A stretch of 63,489 nucleotides of DNA, counting the filler, from Reticulomyxa filosa (taxonomy: Eukaryota; Protista; Foraminifera), in assembly GCA_000512085.1 (NCBI GenBank). It is 20 parts of 20 records of this genome, joined end to end, with 100 filler letters (N's around TTAATTAATTAA, not from the genome) between each part and the next. Parts side by side here need not be neighbours in the genome. Positions count along the whole stretch, not along the records: positions 1 to 12,657 come from ASPP01018754.1; positions 12,758 to 19,281 come from ASPP01006276.1; positions 19,382 to 21,553 come from ASPP01021416.1; positions 21,654 to 27,361 come from ASPP01009403.1; 16 more parts are not named here. One strand, written 5' to 3'. A program made the translations under genes and the position numbers. Below are positions 11,409 to 23,201 of the stretch, one piece after another; within the stretch, counting starts at the first letter, position 1, and every line of letters begins with the position of its first letter. The notes under the pieces are model-generated. The model saw only the letters and a list, made by a program, of their open reading frames with translations. It had not been told where the DNA came from and searched no databases.

Positions 11409-12657
11409 TTGGTTTCTTTTTTTACCTCTCTCTTGCCCCACCCTTTTTTTATTGACTGTCTTTTGATCTACATTGCAAAAAGTAAGCCACAACACTGTGA
11501 TGTGAATGGGTTTTTGTTTGAATCTTTCTTTGTTTTGGTTTTTTTTTTTGTCTCCTTTGGAAACAAAGGTTGTTTTTTTGTTTTGGTTTTGTTGGGGCTT
11601 GTTGTGATATGATGAATTTCCTATTTGTGTTTTTTGCCACAACAAAAACAAATTGAAAAAGAAAAAAGTGCATTTTCACCAGGGAGGTTAAGCAATGCTC
11701 AATGTATTGCAATCACTTGGTGCCATAACAGTTCGCAATTGTTTTGTTCATTTTTGGGTCTTCACATACTCATTTTAATGAAAGGTGTGCTTTTTTTCTA
11801 CAATTCTCCATTTTGCAACCAGCTATTCTATTGTTCGTTGTGAATTTACTTTTGCTAAAAAGCGAAACGATAGGATTATTTCTAATAAGAAAGGGTATTG
11901 AGGGAAAGCGCATTTTTAGTATCAATTGTAATAACGAGGACGGCAAACAATTTTGTTATAATAGTTTAGTGTTCAATTTTAATTTAGCATAGAAATATTG
12001 GGCTAGCGCACAAAATTGTAATAATTATGAAATTTCCGAATAACATAAAAGTATTTGGAAAATTTTTGTGCGGAAAGTAGCATGACATAAAATTTATGAT
12101 AATGGCTATTCCCTATTTGAAGATATTGACGCTGTAAATGAACAAACGAAAATTATAACAATTAAAATGTCTTTATACTCAATTTCAAATTTTGTTTTTG
12201 ACAAGTTTATGAGAATCCGAAATATACAGTTCAAATGTTACGACCGCATTACAGTCAGCCTCTGCGTGTAGTGATGAATATTAGGAGCACAGCATTTTTA
12301 AAAGTTTTAATTTATTTAATAAACTACACCTGTGAAAAGTTTATCAAAAATACTGTATGTTGTGGAAAAAATTAAACATATAAAATGACACCTTATAAGA
12401 TCAAATTTTCTCTATGAAAGCAATCAGTAAAACTATTTTATTTAAAATCTACAAGTATTGTAATTTTTAATGTGAACTGACCTTTTGATCATTATTTTTA
12501 TGATGGATAAAAACACGCTAAATATGATTTTGAAAATTGAGAATTATGAACATCAGGAATAGTTGGAGTCATAATGTACTCAAGATTGTTTTCATAAAAA
12601 TTTTTTTTGTTTTCAGATTCATTGTTTCTGTTTCATTATCAAAATGTAAGTTTACAA

Positions 12658-12757
12658 NNNNNNNNNNNNNNNNNNNNNNNNNNNNNNNNNNNNNNNNNNN
12701 NTTAATTAATTAANNNNNNNNNNNNNNNNNNNNNNNNNNNNNNNNNNNNNNNNNNNN
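12658..12757. other. Artificial contig-joining spacer N44-TTAATTAATTAA-N44 (first of 19)
   Basis: Identical 100-bp blocks start at 12658, 19282, 21554, 27362, 28926, 30026, 32421, 33582, 35056, 38320, 43634, 44946, 46625, 50135, 51773, 53630, 54810, 60242 and 62199. The 12-mer puts stop codons in all six frames. Confidence 0.98.
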
Positions 12758-13655
12758 ATTGATGTTGATGTTGGGGTTGGTGTTGATAATGATATCTTTG
12801 TTTGCTTCCATCACTCGCCAACCAAGCTCGAGTACGACGACCGTCGATGATTTTCTCAGATTGTTCCAAGGCGTTGATGGCACCTTGACTACTTTTGAAA
12901 ACGATAAACCCATACCCTTTACTTTTCCCAGTGGTTTTTTCTCGAACAATGATACAATCTTCCAGCTCCCCGTACTGCGAGTATACGTTAATCAAAGTTT
13001 CGTCATTCGTCGCATACGACAAACTGCTTACAAATATGCGTCGCTTTTCCAATGGTTCAGCTGACGCATTCGCGTCGATGTGTGCTTTCCCATCGGAGTG
13101 GTCCGTCCAACGATTGGCACTGTGTGGTATCGATGGGCTCACTTCTGCGTTGCCATTTTGGTTTTGCGTGCCATTGTCTTGAGAGACTGATGAGCAAGCT
13201 AAGGAGGAAATGGAAGGCGAAGAGGAAAACGGGTTTTCAAAGGCATAGCAACAACACAATTTTAAGGTCTCTTTGGTCTTGTCTTTTGGGTTCATTATTG
13301 TTATTTCGTGCACTCGCATACTTACTACCGCTTGAGCACTACTGTACTCTTTGAAGGTAATCAATCCATTTCGATTCTTTGACTGATTGAAATTTACCAT
13401 TTCTACCTGAGTCACTTCCCCAAATTGAGAAAAGTAATTTGATAACTCTGCTTCTGTGGGAAATTTTGTGTCTTCGCTGTTTTCATTTAGTGCACGGATC
13501 TTACACCATTTTGTGTCCGCTACAAACGCTTGTCCTAAGCTACTTTGAAATTGAGCGTCTGTTGCACTTATGTTTACCAATATTTCTACTAACTCATGCT
13601 TTTCAAATGCTTCACACCACTGACGAATATCTAATCCTCTATTGATTTCTTGCAT
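12758..13655 (-). CDS. Two-RRM RNA-binding protein (UBA2/hnRNP A-like), 3' truncated by the contig end
   Basis: RNP2 RIFVSSLS and RNP1 KSKGYGFIVF in the second RRM. The first RRM is degenerate (YFSQFGEV...RNGLITF). Upstream exons are possible. Confidence 0.85.
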
Positions 13656-14577
13656 CTATGTGTTTTTTAAGGATTTGTAGCTCCCTTTGTGCTCCTTTGT
13701 CTAATACTTCAAAATAATGAAGTAAGTGTGTACTTTTCATTTTGTAAGTGCTTATTTTTAATTAAAATTGTACATAAACACAGATTTTGCCTCTTTATGT
13801 CAACAGGTTTGACTTTCACACTCCAGTCAAAACAACAAAAAAGGGTCCTCTAAACGTGGCCAAAAAGGTTTTGAGCTTTCTTTGTTTTTTACTGTTCTGC
13901 GTTTTGCTTTTCATTTTGTGTTTTATCCAAGTTTTTAAATAAATTTGGACGTGATAAATGTTGTAAAAGATATTTTTGAAGCCGTCGTGTAAAGTTACAA
14001 AAAGTTTAGTTTGTTTTTTTTACTTTTTTGAGTGGGTTGTACTGATGAGACTAATGCGTCGGGCGGAATGATCGAGAATGATTAGTCTTGACGTAATACT
14101 TCTCTTTCCTCTGATTGCTGTTGTTTTTTTAAAAAAATATTTTGTTTTTTCCGTTGTTATTTTAGTTTGCTTGTTTTGAATAGGTGTTGTCGCTTGGAAA
14201 AATAACTTTTTAAAATTGCGTACTGCCGGGAAAGCGCAAACTTTGTGTGCAATAAATTAAATTTTGGTGAAAATTGTAATATTCATAAAGATTTGTAAAT
14301 TTTTTGGATTTGAAATGGTTAATGAACTGATGTTTTTAAACTTTTATTTCAAACTTTTAACCATAAAAAAAGAAATACTTTATTCAACAATAAATTTTTC
14401 AGAAACTTTGTTAATTTCAAGTGTTGCTTGATGGTTAAAGTAAAATCAATTGCATAAAATGAAGAGTACAAAGCTTTTTTGAATTGATTAAATTTAATCC
14501 AAATCGTTAAGAAAGAAAGTGACAGAAAATTGCTTATCAAAAAGTTAATTACACCTTTTTAAAAAGATTTTTAAGGC

Positions 14578-15293
14578 TTAATGTTCACATTGAACTTGTT
14601 GCCAATGATTGTTCAAAGTAGTTCCACTGATCTGATAGCATATTTGAATTGATGCATTGTTAAACTTAGCTTCACCAGCAACGCTCCAAGAGTTAACAAA
14701 AACTTCCTCTTCGCCGATCAGCAATAATTCATTAGAATTGCAAGGGGTATTCAAATATTGCCACTGGCCAGCTGTAACAAACACAATATGCGATAGAAAA
14801 AGGGATCAAAGTTGATCCAAAAAAATATGCCAAAAAAAAGGGGCGAAAATTACAGAAACATCCTTGTCTTTTTCTCATACCATCGTATTTTCCAGTTGCA
14901 CAGCAAAAATGAGTGCCATTGAGATCTCCACTCAAACAAGCTTGAGCCACAAATGCACCCGAGTTTCTATAAAATACACAACATTTTTTTGAGGAAAAAA
15001 AAGACTTCGATTTCTTAACTTGACACCCACATATCCACAAGATGTCCAGGAGTTGCAGTTATCAGTACAGCCTGCGCACGCGTCAGCTCCTTTCAATCGA
15101 TGAAAATCCACAAGGCGAGACAACAGGTTAACTTTCTCATTAAATTTTGGTTGCTTAATGCCTCCAAAATGTGCTGTTGTTTTAAACACAAAACAAAGGT
15201 TCTGTAAACTTCCAAAATCACTTTTTGTTTTGCCATACCTGCACCAAAAAACACAAAGGCAAAAAAAGCAAGTACTCGCGCAAAACAAGCCAT
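14578..15293 (-). CDS. Small secreted Cys-rich protein of unknown function (multi-exon)
   Basis: Signal-peptide-like MACFARVLAFFAFVFFGA, then exon-like blocks ADACAGCTDNCNSWTSCGY, SGAFVAQACLSGDLNGTHFCCATGKYD and VTAGQWQYLNTPCN...QVQCEH-stop, separated by T-rich introns. Confidence 0.55.
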
Positions 15294-15896
15294 TTTAACA
15301 ATTATTTCACAAAGGGGACGTTTTTACTAGCAAGTTTTTAAAAGTTAAACTAAAAACAAACTTTTTCAGTAGGTGCAACAAAAAAATATGTCGTATGGTA
15401 ATGCTCGTGTATAAACTAATCGTCAAAAAGAAAATTTAATTTTATTGACGTGTAAACCAGGTATAAATCCAATAAAAATCTTTGCCCCGAAATTTGGAAT
15501 GAGTGATGTTCAACACCAGGCTAATCTTAATTTGTCTAAAATCGGCTGTCATCTAACTTTTTGACAAAAAAATTTAGCGATTTATGAGCTCCTGGTCAAA
15601 ACTTATTTCAGTGCCACTTAAAGTGTGCGTTGGTGAAACTGTAAATATTGTGGTGCGAATTTAAATTCATTTTTACTTATAAAAAACAGCGCACGATATT
15701 TTGTCTTTGAGAGAAAATAAAAGAAAATCGATAGAAATTCTTTTGTGGTGAAAGTAATGACATAAGAAAGATTTTGCCTGAATAGTCAAAATCAGATTGA
15801 AAACACGAACAAAAAATTGATGGAAGCTCTGTTGTCACTCATGGTTAGGCATTTTGAACAAATACTTTTTTTCATTTATCAGTACATAGACTTTGC

Positions 15897-16372
15897 TTAT
15901 TGCCCTTGCCCGGCTTGTTTTTTAAGATGAGCAAAAACATGGTCTTTGATCCATTTTTTTCCTTTTGGTTCATACACATTGAAGTCTTGAGAAAACCTAT
16001 GTGATACCCCCCATTCAAAAGCTGTTCCTACGCATAAATGGACAAAACACAAAAAAAATTATGATATAAATATCCACTCACACTAAGCATGACAAATCTT
16101 TCAAGTCATCGATGAATTGGAACAAATGATCGATATCATAGGTTATTGATTTCTCTTTTGGATGTTGTTTTTTCAGCTGTCTTTCGTACAGTTGGCAAAC
16201 CCCTAAATTTTTTTAGAGAGGACGGAAAATTCAACGGATTTGTTATTGGTCGTAAAAACAGAGACTTTTGGTGGAGCATACCGTCCATTGCTTCATCAAC
16301 AGAATCAAAATCATCCCATATCTTTGATCTGGCTTCGTCATTATATTGCGTTAGCAGTATAGTGTGCGGCAT
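15897..16372 (-). CDS. ERH: Enhancer of rudimentary homolog (3 exons)
   Basis: Spliced translation MPHTILLTQY...KIWDDFDSVDEAMDG|VCQLYEKQLKKQHPKEKSITYDIDHLFQFIDDLKDLSCLV|...YEPKGKKWIKDHVFAHLKKQAGQGQ matches the ERH consensus (MSHTILLVQ...ITYDISQLFDFIDDLADLSCLV...YQPYNKDWIKE). Confidence 0.95.
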
Positions 16373-16715
16373 TATTCTCTTTAAGATGCAAAAAGATTCA
16401 ACAAAAGTCCCTTTTTTCAAGACTTAGTTGTTTTAGCTGAGGACAAAATTTTGAAACAAAAAAGACTATATATAATTTGATATTTTGGAATTATTCAAAC
16501 AAGAAGTAAATATTTGATAATTCGAAAAGATATTTTAGTGTGTAACGAAAGCAAAAAAAAAAGCTGTTGGAATGATGTATGCTATTTGAAACCAATAAAA
16601 ATACACATGTGCATCCAATCTTTTGTTTTTTTAACATACTCAAAAACGAGTGATCCCAAAAAAAATGTGATAATAGGTTAATGACATGGTCATGTGGACG
16701 ATTTTGGATTATTTT

Positions 16716-17234
16716 TCATGTATTGCTCGTATTCAAACAATCGCTGTGCATATTGTGTCCAAACACAATTTGGACAATCCATTCCACAGCACTCTTCAGG
16801 CAAAGGCTCCGTCGGACGCTCTGGCACCTAGTGTGATGATAATAATAAATAATGATAAATAATAAGAATAACACAAATCTTGTGTGTGTTTTTAAAGAAG
16901 TTTGAAACGTGAAACTCACTTGTGTGTTGTCAATGGGATTGTCGTTGTTTGTGATTGGCTGTGCTTTTTTGTGAGATAATTCCATTTCTAATTTGGTAAA
17001 GGCATCCATGCTTGTCTTGTTCAGCGCTTCATCTATTGCTCTTTGATCTTCAAATTTTTGGTCTTGTGTAGTTTCTTTTTCCTTATTAACTGTCTTGCTT
17101 TCTGTTGCCTCAGACTGCTCCCTTCTCAATGGTCTCAACTTATCTTTCGTTGTCAACCGTCCAAACATGGATGGATTTTGAATAAAATTTTGACCAAATG
17201 TTTTTTGTAGTCTTTTTGTTGTCCTTGGCACCAT
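16716..17234 (-). CDS. Hypothetical protein (first exon about 16920-17234, likely spliced)
   Basis: ATG-initiated hydrophilic ORF with protein-like composition; no family recognised. Confidence 0.4.
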   Translation of the reverse strand: MVPRTTKRLQKTFGQNFIQNPSMFGRLTTKDKLRPLRREQSEATESKTVNKEKETTQDQKFEDQRAIDEALNKTSMDAFTKLEMELSHKKAQPITNNDNPIDNTQVSFTFQTSLKTHTRFVLFLLFIIIYYYHHTRCQSVRRSLCLKSAVEWIVQIVFGHNMHSDCLNTSNT

Positions 17235-17757
17235 TCGTTATTGCTCGTAGTTCCAATTTTTTTTTTTTGTAAACCTTTTGCCACAAACGCAACGTTTCTG
17301 TTTTCTAACAACAGAGAAGATATTCAGAAAGACAAAATGTGTTGGCTATGTTGAAATAAAATGTTGATTGTGGGATGGTGGCAATGCACGAAATATTAGA
17401 ATCCAAATTACACAACATTAAAAAAAAAGTCGAAACGCTCATAGTAAGAAAATCGGATTTGTCAGAGGATTCTCTTTTTTTTCCCTTCCTTTCCCGTTCC
17501 CATGTCTCCTCTCGCTCTGAGCGTTGACACAAATGGATTTGAATTTTGTGTTGAGACGAATACAACAAAACAGAAGACAAATAAACATAAAGCCCTTTGC
17601 AAGTTGAACAATGGTTGCCAACAGAGACAGAGGTGCATGAAGGATGAGAACGAAAACGAAGAAGAGAAGGAGGAGGTTTCGGATATGCCAGAAGCATATG
17701 TGTGTGTATGTGTGTAGTAATGATAAATGAGCATAAGAAGAGCAAATGAGAAGTAAA

Positions 17758-18173
17758 TTATTTGTGATGTCTGTTTGGCTCGGACGTATTGTTTGATTTG
17801 CCTGCAAGAGCAGGGGGAGTGCCCGACTTGGATTTGGACTTGGACTGACTGCGATCGGAGGAATAGGTTCGACTTCGACTGCGAGACTTGCCTTTGCTTT
17901 TGCTCTTGCTTTTGCTTTTGCTTTCGCTTTTGCTTTTGCTCTTGCCTTTGCTTTTGTTTTGAGCAGAGCTGCTTTTGCTCTGACTCACCGACTTGCTTTT
18001 GGACTTGCGTTTGTATTGAATGCTCGCACTGCGGCTACGACTCCGACTACGACTGCGACCACGACGACGAGTGTTCGTTACCTGATGTTTCCTTCCGTGT
18101 TTATGGGACGAGCGATTGTGTCGTGACCTTTGGTATCAAAGAAGAAGCATATGACAATGACAATGACAATGAA

Positions 18174-18210
<37 letters not shown>

Positions 18211-19260
18211 GCAATGATAAAACAACAAACTTCAAATGGATGAAAAAAAAAAAAAAAAAAAGTAACTGAGAGCGACTTTTGCTTCGATAGCTATTGGCAT
18301 TGGGATTGGCGAGATAAGCAGGGAGTGGAAAGTGTGGTGGTGGTGGCAGACCGGCAATGTGTGGATTCCACGGCGCGAACCACAGGTGCTGTTTTGTCTT
18401 GGGGTCGAAGCACAGCAATGGAGTGGTATAATTTTCTGGCAAAATCAACACGGGCTGGCCAGGAGCGGGGATGGCCATGGACGCATTTCGCGATCTTTGG
18501 TCCACTCCCAAAGGATTGGTCGGCTCAATGTCCATTCGTCCTCGTGGAGATCTAATCGTATACACACAAGCTTCGTTGTTTTGTTTGCTTTGAACGTATA
18601 ACAATTGCGCTCATTGTGAATTGGAGGATTGTGAACTTCCAAGACATATACAACAAATACAAACACATATATATATGAGTAAAAAGTGGTGATAGCTCTA
18701 GTTCTAGTACATGGCCAATGGGTGGACAAGTAACGGCGGCCCACCGCCGGACAATGGGAACACGTTCTTGGCGTCGGAACGGTTGTGACTTTGACTGCCC
18801 GATCTGGGACGCGACGACGTTCGAGAGCCGCTACGGTTGTGACCTCGGCCACGGCCACGACTGCGGCTGCGACTGTGCTTTCGACTACGGCTATGACTGT
18901 GGTTACGGCTTGGACTGCCACTGCGTGTCTTGCTTCGGTCGACGCTTCACAAGGACAATGGTATACATACACATGCAAATATACCACAAAGGGGTGAAAT
19001 GAGGTAAGGTCATATACTTCTATGAAGTAGGTATACATTAGTGAAAGTGTTATATACATATACATATATATATATATTATACACTTACACTACGTCCAAT
19101 GGCTTTTGATCGAGAAAAGAAGAAGGCAAAGTTCTGGCAAATTGGACCAATAAATTACGTCCAAGGAAATTACGTCCGTTACATTCCAATAGCGCTTCTT
19201 CTGCGCTTCGTCTTGTGGCAAACTCGATGAATCCATAATCCAATCTCTTTTCATTTGTTC
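17758..19260 (-). CDS. SR-like protein fragment: RRM followed by RS- and SK-rich low-complexity exons; 5' part lost at the contig end
   Basis: 19090-19250 (minus) reads LDYGFIEFATRRSAEEALLECNGRNFLGRNLLVQFAR, an RRM C-terminal half. RS dipeptide tracts at about 18740-18950 and 17990-18070. SKSKSK tract at 17830-17990. Confidence 0.7.
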
Positions 19261-21653
19261 GCGTACAAGTGTGTGTGTGTGNNNNNNNNNNNNNNNNNNN
19301 NNNNNNNNNNNNNNNNNNNNNNNNNTTAATTAATTAANNNNNNNNNNNNNNNNNNNNNNNNNNNNNNNNNNNNNNNNNNNNTGTGAGAACTTCTCTCATT
19401 TTATTTGTAAAAAAACAACTAAAGGACACTAAAAAAAACCAAATGAACGAGCAAAAAAAAAGGAACTCAAAAACTCCACTCCTTTTAAAAAACTAAAGGG
19501 GTTCTTCCAGCTTGAGACTAAACAGCACTGTTGTTTGTTTCATACAACTCACAAAAAAAACACTTTTTCAAATACTCTTTGACGAAATAATTACCTACGA
19601 AAAAGGAAAAACTCTAAAGAAAAACCAACATTAAATTTGTAACATCATGAACTGATCCTTAAATTTCTTTTTGGCCGTTATTTGCTTTTGGTAGTCACTG
19701 TTTAGAGCATACCACCTTGGTAGCAAATCTCAATTTACCATATCAAAAATTTTAAAAAAGTATTTGCAGATTGAAATACTTGATATGTGCACAAAAGTCC
19801 TTTACAACTCCATATGCCAAGTTAAGTGCAACATAATATTTTTTTTTCTTTTTTTCTATTCATAAAATTATTTGAATAAATAGGATCAAGATATTTCATA
19901 CTGCAACCAAGAAAGGAAGTGATGATATGCAAACTAAAGCTGATTTGTTGTCTGAAGCAATTTAATTTTTTTTCATCAGATTATTTACAAATTTTGTTGT
20001 TTATATAAATCTACATAATTTTTTTAATTTAATCGAATCTGATATCACTCGAGGAGTTGAAACAATTTGATTGTTGTGGAGCTGATGGTCATGTCATCCC
20101 CCAAGGCACTAGCGCGTGAGTTTGACGTCGGATTGTTAGATTTGGAAGAAGAAGAAGGATTGACAACAGTGAGGGCATTGTTGGAAGGGACCGAGACAGT
20201 AGGTTTGTCAATAGTATCGCAATACGTGAGCAAGGGGTAGAATGTAGGGTAAGTCAATATTATACAATATCAAATACTCATGTAACGGTGGATTAAAACT
20301 ATTCACAAAAACAATTCACTTTTGTCTTGTTTCCTTTCTTGTGTTGAAATTATTTTTGTCAATTTAATTTTCTTTTACTGAAGTTGCCTTTTTGGAACTA
20401 AGTTCCTTTCGTATTACACTTAGTCTTCTCACTATTCCTACATAGCAACTAATGTAAAACTCTCTTATAATAAAATCAATGATTTTTCTTTTTGTTGATA
20501 TTATTCTGTTTATTCTCTTAATTGTGATTTCATCTTTACCACAAATTTCGAGCTATGCGAGCTTTCACAAATCCAGAATTTCCAATATTATTTATTCTAT
20601 TTTTATTTTTATTTTTTATGTTAACATAACTAATCATATCACTAGAAACATTGACAATATTTCTACAAACTACTATAGAATAAATTTGCGCTTTTCTTCT
20701 TTTTTAAATGTGTAGTGTTGTTGGTAAGTATGTCTTTAGTGATAGTTGGATGTATCGTGTATAGGTAATTATTGATCTATTTTCAATGAAAGTGTTTTGT
20801 CGAGCATGTATTAGGAAAAAAAGAATAAATATCAAACATCAATTGACAACAAAAGAAAGAAATCAATTGAAAATTTAGTATGTTGATATTTTGTTACAAT
20901 TATCTTGTTGCATAATGTTTTTATTTCTTTCTTTTATTGATTTTTTATAGATTGGGTAATTTTGGTGTGTATATTTCAATTTCATATTTTTTGATAAATT
21001 ACGATAATTCTTTGAAGTTTATTACTAGTTTGACATTTCAATTGAAATGATGTGCAAAATTCTGTTTTGTGATTTTTCTATAAAGTGGTGACACTGTGGT
21101 AACACTTTTTCGTGCGCACGGAAAGTATGAACGGTAGAAAAAGGGAGACAATAATTTCAGAAAGCTATGTCTGAAATCAAAATCAATCTACAAACTGCTT
21201 CGGTAAGGAAGTTGTGTATTTTGTTGATTATTAGTACTATTTTCGTTATTTCCGTTCCTTTCCGTTTTTTAAATTTTTTTTTTGGCAGGAAAAACAGAGG
21301 TTGCTTAACTCAAATCTAAAACAGGAGAAAAATGCAACAACAAAAAAGTCCGATAACTGTTTGCGAACTAAAAATAGAAAGAAGAGCTGATAGATCACGT
21401 GCAATCGTTGTACAACAAAATTAGCACCTTGAATGCGGAAAAGTCATCAGTTTACAAAAAAAAAAAAAAGAAAAGGATTAATTTTTTTTTTTTTTAATAC
21501 GTATACGTTGATTAAAAAAAAAACTATCCTCACTACTCACTGCTGACACGGACNNNNNNNNNNNNNNNNNNNNNNNNNNNNNNNNNNNNNNNNNNNNTTA
21601 ATTAATTAANNNNNNNNNNNNNNNNNNNNNNNNNNNNNNNNNNNNNNNNNNNN

Positions 21654-21689
<36 letters not shown>

Positions 21690-21691
<2 letters not shown>

Positions 21692-23201
21692 GTGATTGGA
21701 CATCAATCCCAGCACGAGTTAAATCAGTAACAAAATTGTCCCCGCGATGTTCAATTTATGATGGATTCGGATCGTTGTTGACATCCTTTGAGCAATCTGC
21801 CGTGGCATATGTGAGCTACAAAGTGCAGGGCAATGCCACGTTGAATATTAGCGGTGCCACCAATCCTACCTTTGAAAATGGGTACGCGACCTTTGGGTTA
21901 TATTTGACCCCGCTGAAGACATGGAAGTATACTGCATTCGAGGTACCAGTGACGTTCCAGATTACCACGAATGTGAATAAAAAATTTTCAGCGCAATTCA
22001 CCGCCACATTTCACAATGTCGTGTGGACTGTGCCGGACGGTATTATCGCATTGGCCGTTTTGTTGGGCGTCATTACCATTCTTACTGCAGTCGCGTGCGC
22101 CGTGTTAACGTGGTATTATTCGAATCAGCCGATCATTCGAGCCGCAACTATTTCTTTTTTGGCTGTCATTTTGGCCGGAGCTGTTGTCATGGGTATTTTC
22201 ATCATTCTCACGCCACTGTCGCCACAGCATCCTAATTGCATCTTATTGACATGGCTTTTGCACTTTGGATTTTTGTTAATGGTGTTTCCAATCGCCGGGA
22301 AGACATATCGCCTATACTCCATATTTTTTGTTGAGTCACTCTTTTTTTTTTTTTTTTTTATCCCTCTCTCTCTCTCTCTCCTCTCAAATAATTGTTTGTC
22401 ACCACTACTATTACTACAAATAACAAAATATCATTTGCTGTGACCTGGGGCTTGACAGGCGGCGAAACAACAAGCGCGAAAAGTAAACTGGACGACGCTA
22501 CGGCTCACAAGTTACTTTTTGATTATTCCCGGTGGCCTGTTGTTCTTATACTTAGTCTTGTGGTCATTGTTGGGAAATTGGAAGTCCGAGTTTGTGGTCG
22601 CCAGTGACGGGGTTGTGCATAGAGAGTGCCAGTATACACCTACGTTTACAATCATTTCGTTGGTTGCTGCAATTATGTTCTTGTTGTGGGTAGGTCAGCT
22701 GGCATTTAGCGTGCGTGTTGTTCCCAAAAACTTCAATGAATCTCGTTGGTTGGGAGCAAGTGTTTATACTATTTCCATTGTATTTTTGTTTGTCATTCCT
22801 TTGGCTTTCATTTCTAGCGTGTCATTTATCGTCCAAAGAATATTCGTTGCCGTCGGCTGTTGGATTGCTACACAATCAGTACTTGCGTTTTTGTTTATTA
22901 TCAAATTTGTGCAAATTTGGACTGGAAAAGCAACAAAATCTTCTTCTTCTTCTTCGAAATCCACTAATTCTGTGATGGTATGCTTCATTCATACTTTCAT
23001 GTTATTTTCTTCAACACTTATTACACTTTTGAACACTTTTTGTTTGTTTTTGCTTTCAAGTCGGAAACCGATCAAAGCACTACTTCGGTTCCAAAGTCAA
23101 CTGAAATGAAATCTTATCCCTCAAAAACGCCTGATGGAATATCGTCTTACCGCCAGATCACCACTGACGCAGAAAGTCCGATTAGTGACAAGCCCGTTTG
23201 A
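21690..23201 (+). CDS. Class C (glutamate/GABA-B-like) GPCR 7TM region, 5' truncated
   Basis: Seven hydrophobic segments with class C signatures PIIRAAT..F, C...WLLHFGF, KTYRLYSIF and VPKNFNESRWLG, followed by a Ser-rich cytoplasmic tail. Confidence 0.88.

Noticed and set aside
17775-18269. Cys-rich plus-strand ORF (CFCFC...) as a metallothionein-like protein
   Set aside because: It is the antisense reading of the SK/RS repeats of the minus-strand SR-like gene.
20045-20270. Higher-GC 70-codon minus-strand ORF in an otherwise empty contig
   Set aside because: Possibly an isolated exon, but it has no motif or partner exons to support a call.
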